This document shows positions 41,591 through 53,895 of a stretch of 64,000 bases of DNA, in pieces. Made by a program: the position numbers and the translations under genes. Position 1 is the stretch's first letter. Each line of letters opens with the position of its first letter. Origin of the DNA: the human T2T-CHM13v2.0 reference genome, Homo sapiens; assembly GCF_009914755.1 (NCBI RefSeq), contig NC_060946.1; one strand, 5' to 3'. Below the pieces are notes generated by a model. It searched no databases, was not told the DNA's origin, and worked only from the letters and a program-made list of their open reading frames with translations.

Positions 41591-43849
41591 TGAGTCTGTC
41601 CCCCACCATGGCTGCCAGTCTACAGAGGGAAGAAAACAAATTGGATTTTCCGATTTCCTTTTCTCTCTTTCTCTCTAATATTTATTCTTCATGTACTGTG
41701 TTCTAAGGCCTGTTCTGGTCACTGGGGGACACAGCAGTGAACGGAAGGGAACAGACAAAACCTGCCCTTTTGGAGCTGCTGTGCCTGTGAGAGGATCTGG
41801 CCTCCCCTGCCAGGTGCTTTGTGGGGACATGGCCACGAGTCCTGGTTTCCACTCGTGCTCTCAGATTGGAGAACCCAGACCGTATTGATAGATGAGGGGT
41901 GCAGATCACAGAGGATTTAGCATGGCATATTTGGACACCTTTGCAAAACAGCTGGGTGCTTTTGGGGCTCCTTGAGCAGGAGAGGACGAGAAGGACGTGG
42001 TATCTTGAGGGTGGAGGTTCTGTGGAGGCTGTGGGCTCTTCAGGGCCAGGTTCAATGCAGACCTGGCCCTGCCTCCCAGAACTTTTCCCTTCATCTCTGA
42101 GGTCTGCCTCTGCCCACTGCCCCCTTCTCCTGGACTCTGGCCAGAGAGGTCTGGCTAATGGTGCATGTAGAGAGGAGCATTAGGGTCTTGCTGCCTGCCC
42201 TACCCTGTTGAGCAGCGGGGGCTGCATCCAGCCCTCTGTTGTTCTAGGGTCTTAGGCCCCTTTTGGGAGGGGCCTAAGCTCTGTCCCAGCTGGGGTAGAG
42301 GTGAGCAAGTCCACAACCATGGCAAGAGGATCAGGTGACCTAGCATCAACAGAAGCATCCGCTTCTTATAAAACTGGGATAATACCTTCCACCTGAAAGG
42401 ATTTTTGTGCGGCTCAGACATGTTTCTGCAGCACCTAGCATGGGGCCTCGTACAATGAAGCTGTCTTTTCTTTCATGAAGTTGCTTTCCAAATGTTTTTC
42501 CCCATTTTCTATCTGGTTTTCAAGGCAGAAAAGGCATCGTCTTCTGCATTTTATACAAAAGGAAATGAAGCTTGGGGAGACCATGTGATGTGGGGAGGGC
42601 AGAGCTGGTCCTTGAGTCCTGGGACTCCTGATCCAGTGCTCTTCCTGCTGGCCACCCCTCCCTCCCATCAGGGGCCATGTTCACCCTGATTTGCTCGCTG
42701 AAGTAAGACCCAAGGCCCTAATTACTGCAGAGTGAGTAAAAACTGATCAGCAGAAGCGCCTGCTGGGAGATGTTCAAACACACTGATGGTGGTTCCGACA
42801 CAGCCTCGCTTGCTGCACTTGTCATAAGACCGAGAGCCGGCTGAAAACAAACAAATGGCAATGCCTGGTGACAGACACGTGGGCAGGTGCAGGGGTGGGG
42901 GGGCTGGTAGGCTGCAACCTCTTGTCCACAGTCTGGCCTGGACAACCCTTATCTGGTGACCTGGAGCTGGACTGCTCAGATCCAAACCCCAGCTCTTTTA
43001 CTAAGTAGCTTTTGACCTTGGGAAGATCCTTTAACCTTCCAGTGCCTCGGTTTCCTCACCTATAAGGTGGACAGAGCAAAAGCACTTCTCAAAAGCTTAC
43101 TCTGTGCCTGGCATATAGTAAGTATTCACAGATAATGTTGGCTTTGATTCTTGTTGGCCATCACGGGAGGGGTTGCTGACCGAGAACCCACTCAATAGGC
43201 TGCGGAGCTGGGAGGGCTAGCTGTTCATTTTTGTGACAGGTCTGAGGTGAATGACTACAAGATGTGGGCAGGCCCAGCTGACCAGACCAGAGCAAGTTTT
43301 GTGACGGGTCATGCAATTGGGGGCACCGCACTTCAGCCTTTCCTCTTTAGGCTGAGGATCTCTGGCTTGGCTCAGCTTCTCTGAAGAAGATCTGAGGGGA
43401 TCAGTGGACCACATGCCCCACAGGTGCTGCAGTAGGACTGGGTTGCCAGCTGGGCCCTGATGCTCCCAGTCCGCATCAAGAAAGGCCAGAATCAGGCAGG
43501 TAACCTGTCTGTTGTGCTCTGGGTGGCTTGGTGCATATCCAGTCCTGCCCATGCAGAGGAAAGGGCACAGACTTGAGTGTGACTGCGGAGGGGGTCCCAG
43601 GGAGGCATATGATGTGGAAATTGTCACCCAAGGAATGGTTGAGGGAGCTGGTGACAAGAGGCCTGGGGCAGATGAGGCTCAGGGGTGGGCGGGCTGTCGT
43701 CATGCGTCTGCAGGGCTGTCATGCGGAAGAGGGAGCAGATAGAGGGTTCCAGGGGCTCTGGGACGCCGGCTGGAAGATTCTGGAAGGCAGGCTTCCTGCA
43801 GTCTCACAAAGGCTTTTCTGTAGATCACCAGATGCAGGCTCTGCATTGG

Positions 43850-45145
43850 TTTGTATGTGTGAGTGGCTGTTGTGTCTATGTGTGTGCGACTATGTGTATG
43901 CGTCTGTGTATTCTGTGTGTGCATATGTGTCAGTGTGAGTGTATGTGATCTGTGTGATTGTGTGCATATCTATGTGTCTGGGTAAGTGTGTGATTGTGTG
44001 TATGTGAGTGTGTCTGTGTGAGTTATGTGTGTGCCTGTAAATGGGTGTTTTGTGTGTTTATGTGTGTGTGTAATTGCGTGTATGTATGCCTGTGAGTATA
44101 TGTCTTTGTGATTGTATGTTATGTGTGTGTGATTGTGTGTGTCTGTGTATTCTTTGTGTGCATGCATGTCTGTGTGTGTCAGTGTGAGTGTATGTTATGT
44201 GAGTGTATTTGTGTGATTACATATGTATGTGTCTGTGATTGTGTATGTATGTGTCTGTGAGTGTGTGAGTGTGTATGTGTGTATGTCTGTGTGAGTGTGT
44301 GTATGGGAGTGTGTGCGTCTGCATGAGTGGGTGCTGGTGTATCTATGTACCGTGTGTGGTTGTGTGTCTGTGTGCGTGTTATGTGTGTATGTCTGTGTGT
44401 GATTGTGTGTCTGTGTGTGTTTCTGTGTGAATGGGTACTGGTGTATCTATGTGCCATGTGTGGTTGTGTGTCTATGTGAATGTGTGTTGTGTGCTAATGT
44501 GTGTGTGATTGTGTGTCTGTGTGTGTCTGTGTGTTATGTGTCTATGTCTGTGTGTGTAATTGTGTGTCTGTGTATGCCTGTGTGTGATTGTGTGTCTGTG
44601 TGTCTGTGTGAGTGCACGCTGGTGTACCCATGTGCCATGTGTGATTGTGTGTCTGTGTGTGTGTTGATGTGTGTTATGTGTGTAACTGTGTGATTGTGTT
44701 TCTGTGTATGTCTGTGTGTGTGATTGTGTGTCTGTGAGTGTGTGTGTCTGTGTGAGTGCATGCTGGCGTACCCATGTGCCACGTGTGTGATTGTGTGTGT
44801 GTCTGTGTGAGTTTGTGTTATGTGCATATGTCTGCATGTGTGTGATTGTGTTTCTGTGTGTTATGTATGTGTGTGTAATCGTGTGTCTGTGTATGTGATT
44901 ATGTGTCTGTGTGTCTGTATGAGTGCATGCTGGTGTACCCATGTGCCATGTGTGTGATTGTGTGTGAGTGTGTGTCTATGTGTGTGTTATGTGTGTGCAT
45001 ATGTCTGTGTGTGTGTGAGGTTGTGTCTGCAAGTGTGTGTTATCTGTGTATGTCTGTGTGTGATTGTGTGTGAGTGTGGTATGGAGCATGTGAGTGTGGG
45101 TGTGTGAGTGTGACTGTGTGATTTTTGTGCTTGTGAGTGTGTATG
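43850..45145 (+). repeat. ~1.3-kb degenerate (TG)n-rich repeat with higher-order structure
   Basis: TG/TGTA/TGTC mosaic. The anchor GAGTGCA(C/T)GCTGG(T/C)GTACCCATGTGCCA recurs at ~44610, 44753 and 44921, with diverged copies at ~44325 and ~44430. Confidence 0.95.
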
Positions 45146-46194
45146 GTGACGGATTAGGTCACCTTCCGGGTCTCATTCTTTTCAGAGATCCCCTGTTTGA
45201 AGACCTGGAAACAATGAGAGTTTAAAACCAGACACTGTTTCTGGGACCCCTGGGGTTCGGGAGTCTGGAACTCCATGGCTGAGGATACTAACAAGGATGG
45301 GAAACTGGCGAGGGTCTCACTGTGCACCTGCCTAGTGCTCAGTGGTGCTACCCTAGCTTGTCGGCACAGCAGCCCTGCCATGGTGCGGTCGTCTCCTCAT
45401 TTTATAGACAGGGTAGCTGTGGGCACCTGCCAGGCTGAGTTGTGTGCCAAGGTGGATTGGTGTCGGGACCTGAATACAGGTCTCAGCTTCCACTGCCCGT
45501 GATTTGAAACCCACACTATGGATTCAGGGTGACTGTAGTTAATATTTTGGGCCTCTAAAGTTCTGGGTGATTCTAAGATAGTCTGAAATTCCTGGATTCT
45601 AGTATTTCCTGAACGAATTTGTTGCTTGTTCTTCTAGCAGTGTGTGGTTATTGACAAAAGGATAAACAAAGTTGCCTCCCTGTATGAAAACACACATGTG
45701 CACACACACACATACACATGCACACACACACATGAGGCGACCAGGGCAGGCCTCAGGTCTTCCTCCACCAGGGCTCTGAGCTCTGAAGATACAGGACATC
45801 CTGACACTGCACTCCCAGGGCTCTAGAGTGCTGGCTGGAAGATTCTGGGAGGCAGATTTCCCCACTGCCTTGGGAAGACTTGGGCAACTTGCTTGGGCAT
45901 CTTGGCTGGACCAGCAGCTGTATTGCCACTGTCTGATGACTCAGCTTGGGGAGGCCTGGTTCCAGGGCACCATTCCCATCCCAGGTTGGTGCCTGGAATG
46001 GTTCAGTGCTTGGGCTCGGGAGTAAGCAGACCAGAACTGGGACACTAACTGCCCGGTACCAGCTGGCTGACTATGGTCATGGCTGTTCCCCTGTCTCCCT
46101 CTCCATGAAGTAAGAATGAGAATGGTCTGTATGCCATGGAGTTGTGGTAAAAATGGACACAGATGATGCATAGGGAACCTGTTGGCCATTGCTT

Positions 46195-47047
46195 GATGGG
46201 GTCATGGTGGTGATAGTGGTGATGATGGTGATGGTGCTGGTGATGATGGAAGTGATGGTGTTAGTGATGGCGATGGTGGTGATGATGATGGTGTTGGTGG
46301 TGGTGGTGATGATGTTGGTGTTAGTGATGGCGATGGTGGTGATGATGATGGTGTTGGTGGTGGTGGTGATGATGTTGGTGTTGGTGATGGTGATGGTGAT
46401 GATGATGCTGTTGGTGGTGGTGGTGATGATGTTGGCGTTAGTGATGGTGGTGGTGATGGTGTTGATGGTCATTGTGGTGGTAAGGGTAATGGTGATAGTG
46501 ATGATGGTGGTGATGGTGATGACGGTGATGATGGTTTTGGTTATGGTGATGGTGGCGGTGGTGGTAATGGTGGAGATGGTGATGGTGATGGTGGTGGTGG
46601 TGATGATGATCATGGTGGTGAGGACAATGATGGTGATATTGATGATGGTGATGGTGATGATGGTGGTGATGATGATGCTAGTGTTGGTGTTGGTGATGGT
46701 GGTAGTGATGGTGGAGGTGGTGATGGTGATGGTGGTAGTGATGATGATGCTGGTGGTGATGGTGGAGGTGGTGATAATGATAATGGTGGTGATGATGGTG
46801 GTGGTGATGGTGGTGGTGGTGATGGTGATGGCGATGGTGATGGTGATGGTGATGGTGATGATGGTGTTGATGGTGATGATGGTGTTGGTGGTGGTGATGG
46901 TGGTGGTGGTGATGGTGGTGATGGTGGTGGTGATGGTGGTGGTGGTGGTGATGATGGTGTTGGTATTGGTGATGGTGGTGGTGATGGTGGGGGTGGTGAT
47001 AATGATAATGATGGTGCTGGTGTTGGTGATGGTGGTGGTGGTGATGG
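46195..47047 (+). repeat. ~850-bp (TGG/TGA)n mosaic trinucleotide repeat
   Basis: In-register GTG/ATG/TTG triplets. Includes a perfect 60-bp tandem duplicate (46261-46320 = 46321-46380). Confidence 0.97.
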
Positions 47048-47083
47048 CAGAGAATGGGCTGGGGTAGCAGCCCCTGGGGATGA

Positions 47084-47442
<359 letters not shown>

Positions 47443-47973
47443 AGCCCATCATGTTGCTTCTTAACAAGAGCCTGCTGAAGCAGGCTGGAGGAGGGCTGAG
47501 CTTTACAGAGAAAAACTGAGGCTCTAAGAAGCTGACGGAGTCAGGAATGGGGGTCTGTGTTCCAGACACAGCAGGCTTCTGCTCCTATCCCTGCTCTTGG
47601 AGGCCAGCCTAATTGCCACACTGCTGCTTGGTGGGCTACTCAGGGGAAGGAGCATCAGGGTTAGGTCCTGGGAGCACCTAGAAGAAGGGGACTCAGGGAT
47701 GTGGAGGCAGCTCAGACTCTGGCACCTGATGGACCTGAGTTTGAATCCACCAATGCTGTCACCTAAAGCAAGTCCTTTAGTCTCTGTGACTGCGGACAGA
47801 TTGGAGCCCAGGGAGGCCCAGCTGCCAGTCCCCTCAGGGCTTCCAGCCATGGGCACACAGGCACCTGTGATAGGAGCTAGGCCACAGACACAGGAAAGAG
47901 AGATATCTGGACTGGACTTGGGGGCTTTGGGAGTGGGGAGTGGGTCAGAGAGTAGTGGCCTGGGAAGCTGCTA

Positions 47974-48155
47974 AGGAACAGGTCAGAGGGAGATGGTCTG
48001 GGTGGTCACTGGGAACAGGTCAGAGGGTGGAGGCTGGGTGGTCACTGGAAGCATGTCCGAGGGTGGAGGCTGGGTGGTCACTGGAACAGGTCAGAGGGTG
48101 GAGGCTGGGTGGCCGCTGGGAGCAGGTCAGAGGGTGGAGGCTGGGTGGACACTGG
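47974..48155 (+). repeat. 35-36-bp G-rich minisatellite, ~5 copies
   Basis: Unit GGAACAGGTCAGAGGGTGGAGGCTGGGTGGTCACT. Confidence 0.92.
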
Positions 48156-50139
48156 GGAGAGAGTTGAGGGTGGTGGCCTTAGGGGTGTGGTTTCTGGGAG
48201 CGCCACAGTGAGGGGAGAGGTGTGAGCACAGAGGGCAGCACAGTGTGGCGGCATTAAACAAGCCAAGAGAGGCAACAAGCAAGTCAGTGCAAGCGACGTA
48301 GCCCAGAGGCAGGAAGTGGGTAGTTTTGTGCAGTCCCGGAGGCCGGGGGAGCTCTTTCCACCTGTGTGGTTTCAGGAAGGACTTCGGTAATGCTGGGGCG
48401 AGGGTTGCAGGTGGGCCACTGCAGTTGCTGCGAGACCAGGTGCTTTACCTCGAGAATAAATCTCAATCCACCGCCTTCTCCCTGTCTTCACCAGCAGCCA
48501 AGGGCAGGCCAGCCCAGCTCCTCCCAGCCCTTCCTGCTCCACCCCTTCCCCTTCATCCACTCTCCCTTCAGCCCCTGGAGAGATGGCTTAGAAACAGACC
48601 AGAGCACACCACTCCCCTGCCTAAAACCCACCTGTGGCTTCTACTGAACTTGGGATAAAACCCACGCTCCTCTGTGTTCTCCCCCAGGGCCCTGCTGAAC
48701 TCTTTGGTTTCATCCGCCTCCCTGCCCGAGGCTCGGCCTCGCTTGTGTTCCTTAAATGCACCGAGCGGGCCCCATTCTCCTGGCCTTCGCACGTGCTCTT
48801 CCTCCTGTGCTCTTCCAGCAGATCAGTCAGGGCTGCGGCCTCCCGCGTCTTGGTTTTCACTTAAACATCTCTTCGAGAGGGCAAGATGATTGTCTCCACT
48901 CCCACCTTTCCCCTTGTTTATTTACTTCCCAGCACTTTTTATTCACTGAGTCAACAAATATCGATTGAGCACCTAGTATGCTCCAGGCACCATTCCAGGT
49001 GCTGGGGATACAGCAGTGAGGGGATACACCTCCCTTACAGGCTTCTCTTAGGCTGGGGAGACAGACACCAAATCATGGAGATATAAAGACATAAATTATG
49101 CACCGTGTTTGATGGTGATAAGAGTTGTGGAAAAGCAGAAAGAGAGAAATTAATTGATCGGTGTGTCTCTCTCCTCTGCGGAAGTGTGGGCTGAATGGGG
49201 GCTGGTGCTGAGTCTGGCTCGTGCCCCAGCATAGCCCGAAGCCCACACAGTGCCCACACATAGTAGGTGCTCACTGGGCAAATGAATGAATCAGTAGGGC
49301 CTGGGAGAACAGGGCCTGGGCGGAAGGAGAAGGTGCCCCAGTGAGAGGGAAGAGCGGGAGCAGGGCCTAGGACCTGAGGAGGTCCAATCTGGCCAGAGCA
49401 AATGGCCAGGGGAGGGAGTGGTGGGCTCCGAGGCTGGCACGGTGGTGGGCAGAGCTGGAACCACCCTAGGGAGGGTGCGTTTCAGCCCAGGAGGTTGACA
49501 CGTGGCAGGCCAAGGTGCCTGGGAGCTTATGTAAGGCCCGTGGCTGTTTTTCTGGAATCAAGAGCAAAGCCCTGAGCTCAGGAGAAAACTCCGCCTCCCT
49601 GACCAGCCAGGGGAAGTGGCAGGAGGTGCCAACCCCTGCCCGTTGCCCCCGGGAGCCAGAGAAATGTCCAAATGCATCAGCTCCGGGTGGCTTGGTCGAC
49701 AGCCCAGCAGCAGCTGGGTGGGCACCAGGGACGTGGACCCCATCTCTCAATCCCACGGCTCAGACTGGCCCTGTAGGGGTTCTAGGATCCCAGGGACCCC
49801 AGTGGACAAAGTTTTAGGGACTAGTACCCTTTGGGGTGAGGTGGTGAGGGGCAGGCCCTGGGAGTGGCTGTCCGTCCCATCTTGCCATTGACTGGTTGCG
49901 GAGGCTCTCGGCCAGCGAGGGCACCATCAGTTGTCATGAAGCCCGCCTGGGGGTCTGGTGCTGGGATTCTGGCCTCTCAACACCACCTAGTGCTTCACTT
50001 GGCTGGGTGCATAGCCTTGACAACCCGCTTTGTTCTCTTGGCCTCAGTTTCTTCACCTGCCAAATGGGCATAATAGTCCTCCTGAGGTTGTTGTGAGCAT
50101 CAGACAAGGCCAGGGAGTAGAAGTGCTTTGAGTTGGAGT

Positions 50140-50625
<486 letters not shown>

Positions 50626-51021
50626 TGACTGGAATTCTATTTCTGCTGTTACTCTGCTACATGTCTGTCCTGTCCCTTCTCTGGGCCTCGGTTTCTTCAT
50701 CTGTAAGGCAAGGAGGTTAGACTCTAAGATTCCTGGGTTCTCAGCCTTGTAAGGCAGTGGCTGGGAGGTCCCTGGGTCAAGGGCTCAGCTGTAGGTCTCA
50801 GCTCAGGGGTTACTTCCTCAGGGAAGCCAACTGTGATTCCCTCCTGGCTTGCCAGCGTTCCCCCGGTCTCTGATTCTGCAGCACCCCAACATTGCCTTTG
50901 TAACCTGCATTGTCCTGGCAATAATGTCTGTCTTTACAATCACCTCTTTTTTCTTGCAAGTTTTCTTTACCTTTGATGGTGCAATAAATACATAGCTCTA
51001 GTCTTGTAAAAAAGTTAAGAT

Positions 51022-51118
51022 CCCTTCCTTCCTTCCTTCCTTCCTTCCTTCCTTCCTTCCTTCCTTTCTTCCCTCCCTCCCTCCCTCCCTCCCTCTCTCC
51101 CTCTCTCCCTCCCTTCCG
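51022..51118 (+). repeat. (TTCC)n/(TCCC)n polypyrimidine tract
   Basis: Seen directly. Confidence 0.95.
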
Positions 51119-51539
51119 TCTTTCTTTTCTGTCTATAATTACTTAAACATTTTTTCTCTTAAATAATGAAAGATTTCAAATACAGAAAATTGCCAATAGA
51201 CAAAAAAAAAGAGTTAATATCACAATTATATTCTAAGAAGGCTTTATTCTCCCCACTATCTTCGTTTGCCAAAACTGAGGCTCAGCCAGGGTGAGCAGAC
51301 TTGCCCCATGATCACCCAGCTTGGAAGCGGATTCCAAGTTGGGTGCAGCTGGGCCCTCAGCTGTTTCGTAATCCTCATGCAAGAGTGAGGGTGAGGGGCC
51401 TGTGGGGCTCAGGTGGGGCTGTCAGAGCTGCATCCGTCCACTTATTGGTGGAGAGGCAGGTTGGGGAGCATGTACCAGGCCTGTCCCCACCACGTGCCAC
51501 CCTCTCTGTCTTCCCCAGGGCTCCCAGCTCAGTGTGGAC

Positions 51540-51775
51540 ATGGCTGAGAGCGCCTCCCCGCCCTCCTCATCTGCAGCAGCCCCAGCCGCTGAGCCAGGAG
51601 TCACCACGGAGCAGCCCGGACCCCGGAGCCCCCCATCCTCCCCGCCAGGCCTGGAGGAGCCTCTGGATGGAGCTGATCCTCATGTCCCACACCCAGACCT
51701 GGCGCCTATTGCCTTCTTCTGCCTGCGACAGACCACCAGCCCCCGGAACTGGTGCATCAAGATGGTGTGCAACCC
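51540..51775 (+). CDS. CACNA1I: Voltage-dependent T-type calcium channel alpha-1I (Cav3.3), first coding exon (236 nt, partial CDS)
   Basis: [79 protein letters not shown] matches the Cav3.3 N-terminus up to the pre-IS1 motif. Kozak context GACATGG. Confidence 0.96.
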
Positions 51776-51784
51776 ATATCCTCC
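51776..51784 (+). other. CACNA1I: U12-type (minor spliceosome, AT-AC class) 5' splice site
   Basis: AACCC|ATATCCTCC matches RTATCCT. Coding similarity stops here and there is no GT donor at this position. Confidence 0.9.
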
Positions 51785-53454
51785 GCAGCCTCGGCTGATC
51801 GGGGCCCTGCAGGGGCTGAAGGGTGGGGGGCTGGATTGAGTCCTGCTGCTCACACCTTGCTCCGGCTGGGAGACCTGAGGTCTGCGGTGAGGCCACTGGG
51901 CCTTGGTGGTGGTGAGCGAGCTCAGAGGGTGGGTCTGGGGAGACCTCAAATGGATGAGGACCTGGTGTTCTGCTGATGTGAAGGTTCTGGAAGTTGCTGG
52001 TGGCTGTGGGGTCAGTCCAGTGGCTGGCTGGCTCAGAAAGTCCTTGAGTGTGGGCCCCAGACCTGTGCTGGGCTGGGAATGCAGATCAGTCAGACTCTGG
52101 AGCCACCTGATGGGCCGTGACCATACAGAGGATGGGAGCCGTGATCAGGAACTGTGGGCGTGGGCAGCGGGGCAGCCGATCCCAACACACAGGGCAGGAC
52201 TCATTCTCCTTGCTGTGCCTCCGAGCAGCCTCTTCCCAGGCCTCCTGCCTCCACTTGCTGCCTCCAGTGGGCTCATGTTCCCCCTGCTTAAGACTGTCAT
52301 GATTTGCTATGGTCCTGGAGGTGCAGAGCAAAGTCCTAATCCAACCCATCAGGGCCTGTGTGTTCCACCCAGCCTCACTTCCCACCACTTGGCTTCCCCC
52401 CTGTGCTCTTCTGAGCCTCAGGGTCCTCTCACTGGCTCTTCCCCCTGTCTGAAAAGCTTTTCCCTTCCCCCTGGACCTGGCCAAATCCTTTGCTACATCC
52501 TTAAAATCCCAGCTTAAGCATCACCTCCTCAGGGAAGCCCTCTGGGATTCCTCCTCTGCTTCATATGTAACTGTCACATCTAACTGTGGAATTCTGAATC
52601 TAACATTTGCCTCCCCTGGGGTACTGTCAGATGACTGGGATGGGGACCCTAGCACCTGGCACAGTGCTTGGCACATCGTGGGTGCTCTGGCAGTGTTTGC
52701 TGGGTGTACATGGGCAATGCCAGAGCTGACTCCTCAATAAGGAAGAGCGTTGGTTGGGTAGAGAGGGTAGTGGGAGGCAGGAGGAGGGCATGGCAGGAGC
52801 GAAGCCTGGAGAAGGGAGGAGTTGCAGGCAGTGTTGGAGCCCTGAGGGGCAGAGAGGAGTGAGGTGAGGCTGCAGGTGTGGCGGGAGCCCTGCAGGGCCT
52901 TGGAGGCTGCATGAGGGATGGGACTGTGCTCCAAGGGCAGGATTTGAAGCAGGGGCTGGAGAGATCTGTGCTCTGGAAGGACTGTGTGGCACTGGCTTGC
53001 AGGGTGAAGTGGGGGCTGGGGACCACTGAGGAGGAGGCTTGGGGACCCAAGCCATGGTGGCCTTGTGGTTTGAGGGTCCCACCAAAAAATGCCCATATGT
53101 GGCTCGAGGTTCTGGTGCTTGTGGCCACACAGGGCAGGGTGCGGGGAGCTGGTGGGTCAGGTGCAGGCCTGAGTCCTGCCCTGGAATCCAGGGATGCCAG
53201 ATGCAGGCTGGGATGTTGAGACTGGCTGCAGGACTGCCAGGCTTCCCTTCTGTAGGGGGCTGAGGTGATCGTGGGCCCTGGATCCCCCTAACTTTTGGAA
53301 ACCAGCGGGTCTCTGCTGGAGTGGGATGCAGAACTGGGTGTTCCTTGCTGGGTGGGGGCTAAGAGCCTCCCTGCTCCTTCTGGGGGACGGCTCACAGCGT
53401 CTCAGGCTTGGTGAGAGGGTCTGCTCGGTAATTAGTTCACCCAGCACTCACTGA

Positions 53455-53895
<441 letters not shown>

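Noticed and set aside
44320-44960. CRISPR-like repeat-spacer pattern
   Set aside because: Eukaryotic context; spacers are low-complexity TG of irregular length; no cas genes.
51402-51539. In-frame N-terminal extension of Cav3.3 suggested by the ORF track
   Set aside because: It starts at GTG and runs through a strong splice acceptor, so it is most likely intronic.
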